DNA of 28,317 nucleotides from an uncultured Bacteroidota bacterium (lineage in GTDB: Bacteria > Bacteroidota > Bacteroidia > Bacteroidales > 4484-276). The notes under the pieces were generated by a model. The model saw nothing but the letters and a program-made list of their open reading frames with translations, was not told the origin of the DNA and made no database searches. The stretch covers positions 1 through 28,317 of the forward strand of contig CAIYZW010000661.1 of assembly GCA_903930725.1 (NCBI GenBank). The letters run 5' to 3'. The translations under genes and the position numbers were made by a program. Shown here in pieces: positions 1-8,863 of this stretch (positions are counted from its first letter, which is position 1; the number at the start of each line of letters is the position of its first letter).

Positions 1-2
1 GA

Positions 3-2231
3 AACGTTATAACTCCCAAGGTGATTACCTTAAACGAAATGGTGACCAATTTTGAAGCTTATGAATCGGAATTGGTTGAGATTAAAAATGTTCAGTTTAG
101 CAGTGGTGGACCAAGTTTTGCAAATGGACTTGTTTATGGAATGACAGACGGCAGCAAAGCCACAGCCGGTTTCAGAACAACTTTTTATGATGTTAATTAT
201 ATTGGCACACCAGTTCCTGTACTCGAAGCCAACGTAGCCGGTATTTGTAATGCAAGGGCTGAGGGTAATTTTCTTACCAGCCGTAATCTTGCCGATATTA
301 CTGTACTTCAGCCAACAATTACCATTCTTTCGCCAAATGGTGGCGAAGAAATTGAACAAGGTACAAGTTTTGAAATTACCTGGTATTCGGCCAGTGTTAC
401 CGGAAATGTTAAAATTGCCGTTCATACTCCATTCATTAAAGGTGGAATACTTCTGGGAAATGTACCGGTATTGGATCATAGTTTTACCTGGAACGTTACC
501 GAAACGCCGGGAGAATATATAATTGTTATTCAGTCGGTGGCCGATACAACAATTTATGATCTCAGCGATGCAACTTTCGATCTTGTTTATCCGATTGATA
601 TCAAAATCAGCGAAATTATGTACAACTCGCCGGAAGCCGGAACTGACACGCTCGAATTTATCGAATTTTATAACAACGGCGCCGGAATTGTAAATCTCGA
701 AAACTGGAAACTCACCAAAGGTGTTGTGTTTACATTTCCGAATGTTACAATAAACCCTGCTGCTTATCTTGTATTAGCATATAATTCAGGCGCATTCCTG
801 AATACTTTTGGCCAGAATGTTCTGCAATGGGCTTCAGGCTCATTGAGCAATAATGGCGAAGAAATCCAGCTTAATGATGACTTTGGAGGAGTAAGAGCAT
901 ACGTTAATTTTGACGATGTTACACCATGGCCAGTCCAACCGGACGGACAAGGCCCATCACTGACTTTCTGTAATACTGCTCTGGTAAATAGCGATCCTGC
1001 AAACTGGTCGGCTTCAACAAACCTCTCAGCAGTAAATGCCGATGGAAATGGCATTTATTGTACTCCCGGCACCGGATGCAACACAAATGATGTGCTGGTT
1101 ATGAATTATCCTCAAGGCTGGATGGGCATTTCGAGTAATCTGGATCCTGGAAAGACAAGCATGGAAACCCTTTTTGCTGCTGCTTACGGAAAAATGACCA
1201 TCCTTCTTGGCGAAGATGGTATTTTCTGGCCAGGTCAAAACCTGAATACAATTGGAGATTGGGATACTCACCAGGGATACAAAGCCAAATTTAACAACAA
1301 CGCTTATTTTGTTTATACAGGAACTCCTGTAGTTGACCAAACCGTAACATTTACAGCGGGAATTCATTATCTTCCGGTATTAAGTCTGGATACTGCCTGG
1401 GTAAGCAATGTTCTTGTTCCGCTTGGCAATGCTATCGAATTTGCCTTTGATATTACCAATGGCGGAATTTACTGGCCATCCGGTGGTTTTATTCCCGGCA
1501 CTTCAGGTGCACTCGAAGCTCTTTGCCCTGGTTACGCTTATCTTTTAAAAGTAAATAATAACGTCACAATTGACCTTAATCCGACTGATGCATCAACAAA
1601 TTTTGCAGTAAATCCAATTTCTCAATTCATCAATACAACCACCTGGAACCAGGTTACGAGAACCGGTGAACAGCATATCATTTCAGTTACCGGCACTCAA
1701 AACTTAGAAACCGGTGATGTGATTGGTGTTTTTGATGTGTCCGGAATTTGTACGGGAATGGCCACCTTTGAAGGTAATTCCCCAATTCCATTGGTTGTTT
1801 ATGGCGAAGACATCACCACTACAGCAAAAGATGGAATGAACGAGCAGGAACCACTTACTTTTAAAGTTTACCGCCAGGGCGTCGGGTTTGACGCTACCGC
1901 TATTTATGACGAAAATACCGTAAATCATGATGGTTTGTTTGCCTCAAACGGACTTTCGATTGTAAAAGATTTAAAACTTGGTACAACAGGCATAAATGCT
2001 GATAACACGGCTACGTACAGTATTTTCCCAAATCCTTCAAACGGACAATTTACTATTTCTGTTGATGGGAAGCGTGAAATCACAATTAATAATGCTGCCG
2101 GACAGGTAGTTTATTCAAAGATGGCAAACGGTTCAACAACGATTGATTTGAGCGCACAACCAAAGGGTGTTTATTTTATCAAATTGGCTGGCGAGTCCTC
2201 GGTATCATTCGATAAAATCGTTATCAGATAA
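3..2231 (+). CDS. T9SS type A sorting domain-containing surface protein, 5'-partial (Ig-like/Kre9-like domain, lamin tail domain, duplicated W-P subdomain, CTD)
   Basis: Frame is open to the window edge (N-V-I-T-P-K before GTG at 21), so the real start lies upstream. Motifs: PTITILSPNGGE (Ig-like), IKISEIMYNS...LEFIEFYNNG...LSNNGEEIQL (lamin tail domain), and C-terminal YSIFPNPSNGQF...KGVYFIKL...KIVIR (T9SS CTD). Confidence 0.85.
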   Translation, partial: NVITPKVITLNEMVTNFEAYESELVEIKNVQFSSGGPSFANGLVYGMTDGSKATAGFRTTFYDVNYIGTPVPVLEANVAGICNARAEGNFLTSRNLADITVLQPTITILSPNGGEEIEQGTSFEITWYSASVTGNVKIAVHTPFIKGGILLGNVPVLDHSFTWNVTETPGEYIIVIQSVADTTIYDLSDATFDLVYPIDIKISEIMYNSPEAGTDTLEFIEFYNNGAGIVNLENWKLTKGVVFTFPNVTINPAAYLVLAYNSGAFLNTFGQNVLQWASGSLSNNGEEIQLNDDFGGVRAYVNFDDVTPWPVQPDGQGPSLTFCNTALVNSDPANWSASTNLSAVNADGNGIYCTPGTGCNTNDVLVMNYPQGWMGISSNLDPGKTSMETLFAAAYGKMTILLGEDGIFWPGQNLNTIGDWDTHQGYKAKFNNNAYFVYTGTPVVDQTVTFTAGIHYLPVLSLDTAWVSNVLVPLGNAIEFAFDITNGGIYWPSGGFIPGTSGALEALCPGYAYLLKVNNNVTIDLNPTDASTNFAVNPISQFINTTTWNQVTRTGEQHIISVTGTQNLETGDVIGVFDVSGICTGMATFEGNSPIPLVVYGEDITTTAKDGMNEQEPLTFKVYRQGVGFDATAIYDENTVNHDGLFASNGLSIVKDLKLGTTGINADNTATYSIFPNPSNGQFTISVDGKREITINNAAGQVVYSKMANGSTTIDLSAQPKGVYFIKLAGESSVSFDKIVIR

Positions 2232-2272
2232 TCTTTAAACAAGCAGGCCTTAACCTGCCATTTAGCTTTTAG

Positions 2273-2310
2273 AAAAAATCCTCCGGAAGTAATATTTCGG
2301 GGGATTTTTT
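2273..2310. terminator. Intrinsic terminator, probably bidirectional, between the T9SS gene and the convergent response regulator gene
   Basis: aaaaaatcctccggaa-gtaata-tttcgggggatttttt: 16-bp stem with two G-U pairs, flanked by A and T tracts, 41 nt after the stop codon. Confidence 0.85.
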
Positions 2311-2464
2311 ATGGTTTGATTATCCTTACTTTAGATTGAAAATCCTTGCTTTTCAGGATCAGAAACTATCATATCGAAAAATCACTTTTCTAAAAGACAA
2401 AATAAAAACTCTCCCTTGATTACCAGAGAATATTAAACTTTTAAAAAAGAAGGAAAAACTTTGA

Positions 2465-3175
2465 TTAATTATTGGTAACTAATTTAAATCCAATACCGTG
2501 TACGTTAATCAGCTCTACTGTGGGATCGAGTTTAAGGAATTTTCGGAGTTTAGTAATGTAAACGTCCATGCTGCGCGCATTAAAATAGCTGTCGTCGTTC
2601 CAGATTTCCTTTAACGCATAGCTACGGTCGAGCACCTGGTTTAGATTAATTGCCAAAAGGCGAAGCAGTGCTGCTTCTTTTGATGTGAGTTTTTGTTCTT
2701 TGTCGGCCATACGCAGGATTTGCCTGTTAAAATCGAACTGGTATTTTCCAATCAAATAAACATTGTTTCTGATTTCGTTTCCACCACGTTCGCTTACTCT
2801 TCTTAAAATGGCCTGCATCCGCACCAGGAGTTCTTCCATGCTGAATGGCTTGGTAAGGTAATCGTCGCCACCAACCTGAAATCCCCTCATTTTATCCTCC
2901 TGCATTGATTTTGCTGTGAGGAAAAGTACGGGTATGTGTTTATCTTTTTCCCTGATTTCTTTAACCAGGGTAAACCCATCTTTTACAGGCATCATTACAT
3001 CAACAATGCAAAAGCCATAACCTCCTTTTTCGAAAGCATTGTAAGCTTCCTGGCCGTTTATGCACAAGATTGTTTCAAATCCCTTTACTTCAAGATAGGA
3101 TTTCAGAACATTTCCAAGATTCTTATCGTCTTCAGCGAGTAAAACCTTTACTTTTTCGGTTCCCATAATCAACAT
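2465..3175 (-). CDS. rprY: OmpR/PhoB-family DNA-binding response regulator (RprY-like); alternative ATG at 3166
   Basis: Receiver LLAEDD...CIVDVMMP...FLTAK...YLTKPF, then a winged-helix domain LTSKEAALL...ARSMDVYITKLRK...NVHGIGF. Adjacent to a sensor kinase gene. Confidence 0.88.
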   Translation of the reverse strand: MLIMGTEKVKVLLAEDDKNLGNVLKSYLEVKGFETILCINGQEAYNAFEKGGYGFCIVDVMMPVKDGFTLVKEIREKDKHIPVLFLTAKSMQEDKMRGFQVGGDDYLTKPFSMEELLVRMQAILRRVSERGGNEIRNNVYLIGKYQFDFNRQILRMADKEQKLTSKEAALLRLLAINLNQVLDRSYALKEIWNDDSYFNARSMDVYITKLRKFLKLDPTVELINVHGIGFKLVTNN

Positions 3176-3258
3176 TAATTTGATTTTGACTTTATAATGA
3201 TTGGTAAAATTAACATTTATTTAGAAACACCATTTTTTTTTAAAATTATTTTTCTTCT

Positions 3259-4677
3259 TTACATCGAAAAAGGCAAATAAATCCTGAAAGTTGACCCCTT
3301 TTTCAGGTCGCTTTCGACCGTAATTTTTCCGGAATGTTTTTCGATGATGGCTTTAACATAGCTCAAACCAAGGCCAAAACCTTTTACATCGTGGATATTT
3401 CCTGTTGGCACACGATAAAGTTTGTCGAATATTTTTTTCTGATTTTCTTTGTTTATGCCTATGCCATTATCTTCGATGCTGATTTTGATTCCTTCGGTGT
3501 AATTTTCGATCGCGATTGTAATTACAGGTTTTCGTGGCGAATATTTATTGGCATTGTCAACCAGGTTGGAAATCACGTTGGTAAGATGCATTTTGTCGCC
3601 AATAATTGTGGTTTTAGATGCTCTGAAATCCCGGATTATCTTTCCGTCTTTTACTTCAACCTGAATTCCGATGTTGTTGATTACATTATTGATAACATCT
3701 TCGATATTAAGAACTTCCTTTTTAAGGATAAGTTCGCCCTGTTCAAAAGTAGCGGCCTGTAAAATTTTTTCGGTGATGTCGGCTAAACGCTTGTTTTCGT
3801 CATTAATAACCTTAATGTAGTTTTCGGACAGCATTTCGTTGCGTTTTACCGAACTATCCGACAATGCCTCGCACGCCAGCGAAATCGTCGAAATCGGGGT
3901 TTTAATTTCATGGGTCATGTTGTTTATAAAATCATTTTTCATTTCCGACAATTTCTTTTGCCAGACGATAATTTTGATGACGTAGGTAAAAAGCATCATT
4001 AATATGATGATGAGAATGAGCGAGATCAGGATTATTGATGCCATCTCCTTTAATAAAAACCTGATTTCGAAAGGGAAGAAGATCATTAAATAATTAGGGT
4101 TGGCCAAAAACTCGTTGGGATAAAGTGTAAAAACAAAACCGTTTTTCAAAAGCTGAGCCTGGTACTGCCCTGTTTTCTCGATAATCATCCGGTTTTTTTC
4201 GCTGCTGTAAACGCCATATTCAAATTTTGTTTTGATGCCTTTTTGTCGCAGTTCATCATTCAGGAGCGAGTCAATCAATACTTTATTAAGGATGGTTTCG
4301 ATGTCGAAAGGTTTGTCTTTGCGGGCCATTTCGCTAAAAACCTCGGTGGCCATAAATGATTTCCTGATTAACTTTTCGATATCTTCGGGCCGTTTTATTG
4401 CGAGCATTTCATCATACAAATCTCTGTTAATCGAGTCCATTGAGCTAAAAAACGAAGCCACACGAGCCTGTGAATTCATCGTTTTTTGAAGATTTGAAAA
4501 CGTTTCAATTTTCTCGAGCTTAAAAATAACATTCGAAACAGCCTCATTAACCTTGTTCTCAAAATTTGTGCGCTCAACACTAATTGCATTTTTTACCCAA
4601 TAAAACTGAACCACGGTTAAACTTAGCAAAACAATCGAAACGATGACGATAATCAGGGTAATAAGATTTTTATTCAT
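3259..4677 (-). CDS. rprX: Membrane sensor histidine kinase (RprX-like)
   Basis: Two TM segments, H-box FINNMTHEIKTPIST, N-box NLVDNANKYS, G1 IEDNGIGI and G2 GFGLGL. Confidence 0.88.
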   Translation of the reverse strand: MNKNLITLIIVIVSIVLLSLTVVQFYWVKNAISVERTNFENKVNEAVSNVIFKLEKIETFSNLQKTMNSQARVASFFSSMDSINRDLYDEMLAIKRPEDIEKLIRKSFMATEVFSEMARKDKPFDIETILNKVLIDSLLNDELRQKGIKTKFEYGVYSSEKNRMIIEKTGQYQAQLLKNGFVFTLYPNEFLANPNYLMIFFPFEIRFLLKEMASIILISLILIIILMMLFTYVIKIIVWQKKLSEMKNDFINNMTHEIKTPISTISLACEALSDSSVKRNEMLSENYIKVINDENKRLADITEKILQAATFEQGELILKKEVLNIEDVINNVINNIGIQVEVKDGKIIRDFRASKTTIIGDKMHLTNVISNLVDNANKYSPRKPVITIAIENYTEGIKISIEDNGIGINKENQKKIFDKLYRVPTGNIHDVKGFGLGLSYVKAIIEKHSGKITVESDLKKGSTFRIYLPFSM

Positions 4678-4735
4678 GAAGGAAAAACAATTAAATGCGA
4701 ATATTGAGATGACTTTTATCTGGTCGTTCCGGTCA

Positions 4736-4762
4736 CAAAAATATTAGTGAAACTGCCTCAAA
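4736..4762 (-). promoter_or_regulatory. Putative Bacteroidota sigma70 promoter for the kinase/regulator operon
   Basis: Minus-strand TATTTTTG (-7 consensus TAnnTTTG) at 4736-4743 and TTTG at 4759-4762. The 15-nt spacer is shorter than canonical. Confidence 0.45.
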
Positions 4763-4770
4763 ATCAATGC

Positions 4771-4809
4771 TTAACATAATTTAACGTTTGTTAGAGTCCT
4801 TTAACTTTG
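4771..4809 (+). promoter_or_regulatory. Phased TTAAC direct repeats (candidate response-regulator operator) overlapping a + strand -7 element
   Basis: TTAAC at 4771, 4781 and 4801 plus TTAGA at 4791, giving an exact 10-bp period. TAACTTTG (-7 consensus) at 4802-4809. Confidence 0.55.
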
Positions 4810-4813
4810 AAGC

Positions 4814-4955
4814 AGTGCAGCCGGGGTTACTTTTGCCAGCGTAAAAGCACAGCCTTTTTTGGCTAAACGATAAATGTTTTTTGTGTTAAAGATTTCTGAT
4901 TCATAAATTTTGGTTTTTGGTTTTGAAGTGCAGTCGTTAAGCTGCACTTTTTTTG
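4814..4955 (+). ncRNA. Candidate small RNA between rprX and pgi
   Basis: Bounded by an upstream -7 element and a downstream terminator. Internal hairpins cttttgc-cagc-gtaaaag (4830-4847) and agcc-tttttt-ggct (4851-4864), then a G/U-rich tract. No ORF longer than 10 codons seen on the + strand within the interval. Confidence 0.5.
4926..4954 (+). terminator. Intrinsic terminator upstream of pgi
   Basis: aagtgcag-tcgttaag-ctgcactt followed by a T tract. Confidence 0.8.
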
Positions 4956-4984
4956 TTTTTATTTATCTGGTTTCAATACTTTTG
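4952..4984 (+). promoter_or_regulatory. Bacteroidota sigma70 promoter of pgi
   Basis: TTTG (4952-4955), 21-nt spacer, TACTTTTG (4977-4984). Matches the -33/-7 consensus and lies about 35 nt upstream of the ATG. Confidence 0.65.
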
Positions 4985-5018
4985 CTTTTTAAAAATTTCA
5001 ACTAAAACATTAATAAAA

Positions 5019-6368
5019 ATGCTTAAACTCTCCATCGAAAACATCGCAGGTTTTGTAAGTTCCGACGAAATATCAAGCTTTCAAAAGGCTATAACCAATG
5101 GTCAGCACGCCATTTTTAACAAAACCGGCCAGGGAAGTGATTTTTTAGGATGGGTTAATTTACCCTCCGAAATAGATGAAGACACGATCGCTGATATTGA
5201 AAAAACAGCTTCCTATATTCAGGCTCATGCCGAAATATTCGTAGTAATAGGTATTGGAGGCTCCTATCTTGGGGCACGCGCTGTTATCGAAGCACTAAAA
5301 CATAATTTTGATTTTGCACAATCGCACGACGAAAGGCAAAAGCCATTGGTTCTTTACGCCGGCCAAAATCTTTCGCAGGATTATTTGTCAGATTTATTGG
5401 ATATTCTTAACAAACGTGATTATGCGTTAACTGTAATTTCGAAATCGGGAACAACCACCGAACCTGCCGTGGCTTTCAGGATCTTGCGAAACCACCTTGA
5501 AGATAAATATGGAAAAGATGGCGCACGCCGCAGGATTATTGCAATTACCGATAAGTCGGAGGGTGCATTAAAACAGCTTTCGCTAAACGAAGGCTATAAA
5601 ACATACGTCGTTCCAGATGATATCGGCGGCCGTTACTCCGTGCTTACACCCGTAGGTTTGCTGCCCATTTCTGTTGCTGGCTTCGATATCAGGATGCTTG
5701 TAAAGGGTGCGGTTGACATGCAGCGGAAATTAGCCCAATCATCATCAATTAACGAAAATCCTGCTGCAATGTATGCCGCGGCCCGAAATGCACTGTATCA
5801 AAATGGTAAAGTAATCGAAATCATGGTAAATTATCAGCCAAACCTTTGTTTTTTTACCGAGTGGTGGAAGCAGCTTTATGGCGAAAGTGAAGGAAAAGAA
5901 GGGAAGGGAATATTTCCGGCCGGAGTTGTGAATACAACCGATCTTCATTCGATGGGTCAATATATTCAGGAGGGAGAACGTAAAATATTTGAAACAGTCC
6001 TTTCGGTCGAAAATCCGCAGAAAAATCTTAGAATCCCAAGCGAAACCGGAAATCTTGATAAATTAAACTTTATTGCTGGCAAGGAAATTCATTTTGTAAA
6101 TCAAATGGCCGAAATTGCCACCACACTTGCTCACGTTGATGGTCAGGTTCCAAACTTCAGGATTTCCATCCCGGAAGTAACCGAATATTCCCTCGGACAA
6201 TTGATTTATTTTTACGAATTTGCTTGTGCATTGAGCGGTTACACGCTTGGAATCAATCCTTTTGATCAGCCTGGGGTAGAGGCCTACAAGAAAAACATGT
6301 TTGCACTCCTTGGCAAGCCTGGTTTCGAAAAAGAAACAGAAGAAATAAAAAAGCGGATTAAAGAATAA
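5019..6368 (+). CDS. pgi: Glucose-6-phosphate isomerase
   Basis: IGIGGSYLG, ISKSGTTTE, IGGRYSVL, QLYGESEGK, TDLHSMGQ, NPFDQPGVEAYK. ATG at 5019 (MLKLSIE) preferred over the track's 4953 start, which runs through the terminator and promoter. Confidence 0.97.
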   Translation: MLKLSIENIAGFVSSDEISSFQKAITNGQHAIFNKTGQGSDFLGWVNLPSEIDEDTIADIEKTASYIQAHAEIFVVIGIGGSYLGARAVIEALKHNFDFAQSHDERQKPLVLYAGQNLSQDYLSDLLDILNKRDYALTVISKSGTTTEPAVAFRILRNHLEDKYGKDGARRRIIAITDKSEGALKQLSLNEGYKTYVVPDDIGGRYSVLTPVGLLPISVAGFDIRMLVKGAVDMQRKLAQSSSINENPAAMYAAARNALYQNGKVIEIMVNYQPNLCFFTEWWKQLYGESEGKEGKGIFPAGVVNTTDLHSMGQYIQEGERKIFETVLSVENPQKNLRIPSETGNLDKLNFIAGKEIHFVNQMAEIATTLAHVDGQVPNFRISIPEVTEYSLGQLIYFYEFACALSGYTLGINPFDQPGVEAYKKNMFALLGKPGFEKETEEIKKRIKE

Positions 6369-6376
6369 CCGGGTAA

Positions 6377-7117
6377 TTATTCTGGTTGTTGTTCTTCGAG
6401 TAAGAGCGCTATATAGGCTTTTTCGGCTGCGATTTTTTCGGCACCTTTTATCGAGAAATCCTGGCCTGTCCCGTATAAATTCTGATTTATTCTTACTTCG
6501 ACGATGTATTGTTTGCTGCTGCCGACACCAATTTCGGTAACCATGATAAATTCAACAGTGTTGCGCTCCTTTTGCGACCATTCGATAATTTTGCTCTTAA
6601 AATTAACTTCTAATTTCTCCAGTTCATCAATATCAAAATAAACATTAATAATTCGGTTTATCACGATTTTCCTGGTGAAGTTATAGCCTTTATCCATATA
6701 AATTGCACCAATAAATGCCTCAAAGGCATCACCTTCCATCGAGCGGTAAAACGATTTTGAATCCTGGTTTGATTGGATAAATTTATCAAGCCCGATCCGG
6801 CGCGAAAGTTTATTAAGTTGCTCGCGGCTCACCAATTTTGAGCGCATTTCGGTAAGAAAACCCTCTTCTTTGTAAGGGAATTTTTTAAAAAGATAATCAG
6901 CAACAATGGAACTTAGCACAGCATCGCCCAGATATTCCATGCGCTCATTTGAAACTTTGTGACCATTTTGTTCAACAGCCACAGATTTGTGAAGGAAGGC
7001 TAATTTGTACAAAGAAACATTTTCGGGGTAAAACCCAAAAATATTTTTGATTGAACGAATCAAAACTTTATCAGAAGAAAATAAATTTTGGAAGAGCCGG
7101 TAGAGATTCAAAACCAA
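6377..7117 (-). CDS. rnc: Ribonuclease III
   Basis: Signature NERMEYLGDAVL, GDAFEAFIGAIYMD and a C-terminal dsRBD (NFKSKIIEWSQK...AEKIAAEKA). TTG start is uncertain. Confidence 0.95.
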   Translation of the reverse strand: MVLNLYRLFQNLFSSDKVLIRSIKNIFGFYPENVSLYKLAFLHKSVAVEQNGHKVSNERMEYLGDAVLSSIVADYLFKKFPYKEEGFLTEMRSKLVSREQLNKLSRRIGLDKFIQSNQDSKSFYRSMEGDAFEAFIGAIYMDKGYNFTRKIVINRIINVYFDIDELEKLEVNFKSKIIEWSQKERNTVEFIMVTEIGVGSSKQYIVEVRINQNLYGTGQDFSIKGAEKIAAEKAYIALLLEEQQPE

Positions 7118-7123
7118 CTAATT

Positions 7124-8377
7124 TTATTCGTCGAATTTTTTTACTGCGATGGATGTATTATGGCCACCAAAACCAAAAGCATTTGATAATGCAAGGTTTA
7201 CTGTTCGTTTTACTGCTTTGTGAAATGTGAAATTTAAATTATTGTTAATTTCAGGATCGTCAGTAAAATGGTTAATAGTTGGTGGTATGATATTATTTTG
7301 TGTGGCCAGAATAGTCGCGATAAGTTCAACGGCAGCGGCAGCACCAAGTAAATGGCCGTGCATTGATTTTGTTGAATTCAGATTAATTTTATAGGCGTGT
7401 TCACCAAACAAAGTAACGATGGCTTTAGGCTCTGCAATGTCACCAACTGGTGTTGATGTTCCATGAGTGTTTATATGATCAACATCTTCGGGCATAAAAC
7501 CTGATTCCTGGATAGCGTATTTCATGGCGAGCATTGCTCCGATTCCTTCAGGGTGGGGAGCTGTAATATGATAGGCGTCGGCAGTAGCACCTCCACCAAC
7601 TATTTCGGCATAAATTTTTGCACCACGTCTTTTGGCATGTTCATATTCTTCAAGAACAAGGGTTCCGGCTCCTTCGCCAAGTACAAAACCATCACGGTCT
7701 TTATCGAAGGGACGGGAAGCTGTTTTTGGATCATCATTCCGTGTTGATAATGCATGCATCGCATTGAAACCTCCAACACCGGCAGGATTTATACCTGCTT
7801 CTGCGCCACCGGTGATAAAAACATCGGCTTTGCCCAGCCGAATATTGTCAAACGAATTTATTATTGCATGCGCAGCCGATGCACAAGCCGATGTTGTTGC
7901 ATAATTCGGCCCTCTGAAACCATATTTTATTGAGATATGCCCGGCAGCAATGTCTCCGATAATCTTTGTAATAAAAAACGGATTAAATCGTGGGGTTCCA
8001 TCTCCACGTCCATATTCAACTGCTTCCTGCAAAAAGGATGAAAAACCACCAATCCCTGTGGCGATGATAACGCCAACTCTGTCTTTGTCAACATCAGAAA
8101 GCAGCAATTTTGAGTCATTGATAGCTTCTTCGGCAGAAGCCATGCTAAAAACTACATAAGGATCAAGTTTGCGTACTTCTTTACGGTCGAAAAAATTTGT
8201 GGGATCGAAGTTTTTAACTTCACAGGCAAAATGCGTTTTGTGTTTCGATGTGTCGAAACGGGTAATTTCAGCAGCACCACTAACTCCATTAAGTAAGCTG
8301 TTCCAAAGTTCGTCAACAGTATTACCTAATGGAGTTACGGCACCTAATCCGGTAACAACTACTCGCCTCAAATTCAT
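7124..8377 (-). CDS. fabF: Beta-ketoacyl-ACP synthase II
   Basis: RRVVVTGLGAVTP, catalytic TSACASA, NTHGTST and KSMHGHLLGAA, SNAFGFGGHN. Confidence 0.97.
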   Translation of the reverse strand: MNLRRVVVTGLGAVTPLGNTVDELWNSLLNGVSGAAEITRFDTSKHKTHFACEVKNFDPTNFFDRKEVRKLDPYVVFSMASAEEAINDSKLLLSDVDKDRVGVIIATGIGGFSSFLQEAVEYGRGDGTPRFNPFFITKIIGDIAAGHISIKYGFRGPNYATTSACASAAHAIINSFDNIRLGKADVFITGGAEAGINPAGVGGFNAMHALSTRNDDPKTASRPFDKDRDGFVLGEGAGTLVLEEYEHAKRRGAKIYAEIVGGGATADAYHITAPHPEGIGAMLAMKYAIQESGFMPEDVDHINTHGTSTPVGDIAEPKAIVTLFGEHAYKINLNSTKSMHGHLLGAAAAVELIATILATQNNIIPPTINHFTDDPEINNNLNFTFHKAVKRTVNLALSNAFGFGGHNTSIAVKKFDE

Positions 8378-8391
8378 GTGGGGGAGATTAA

Positions 8392-8628
8392 TTATTTGGT
8401 GTTGTTTTCGATGTAGGCAATGGCATCACCAACGGTGCCAATTTTTTCTGCCTGATCATCCGGTATTGCTATATTAAATTCCTTTTCAAACTCCATGATG
8501 AGTTCTACTGTATCAAGGGAGTCAGCTCCCAAATCATTGGTAAAACTAGCTTCAGGTGTTACTTCATTTTCGTCAACACCTAGTTTGTCAACGATGATCG
8601 ATTTTACTCTTGTTGCAATATCAGACAT
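8392..8628 (-). CDS. acpP: Acyl carrier protein (78 aa)
   Basis: [18 protein letters not shown]...[12 protein letters not shown] (phosphopantetheine Ser). Start set to the ATG at 8628. Confidence 0.97.
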   Translation of the reverse strand: MSDIATRVKSIIVDKLGVDENEVTPEASFTNDLGADSLDTVELIMEFEKEFNIAIPDDQAEKIGTVGDAIAYIENNTK

Positions 8629-8863
8629 AATTAATTCATTTTTAGTTAAACAAGCGGCAAAGGAAATAATTTTATATTTACAAAACAAAATATTTTTATT
8701 AATGTTTCAAAAGAAACTCTAATAATTGCAAGATTCACAATACTTTATCCATAGGTATTATTGTTTTTTGTGCAATAAAACAGCGTTTTAAGCATGAGTC
8801 AATCACTTTTTGAAATTAAATCGCTATTTTGATTTGTGTTTAGGATTTTAAAATACTAAATAG

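Noticed and set aside
4874-4906. 10-codon ORF MFFVLKISDS inside the candidate sRNA
   Set aside because: Too short, with no recognisable similarity; a dual-function RNA cannot be excluded without Ribo-seq.
4953-5018. N-terminal extension of pgi in the ORF track
   Set aside because: It overlaps the terminator T tract and the pgi promoter; ATG 5019 gives a normal Pgi N-terminus.
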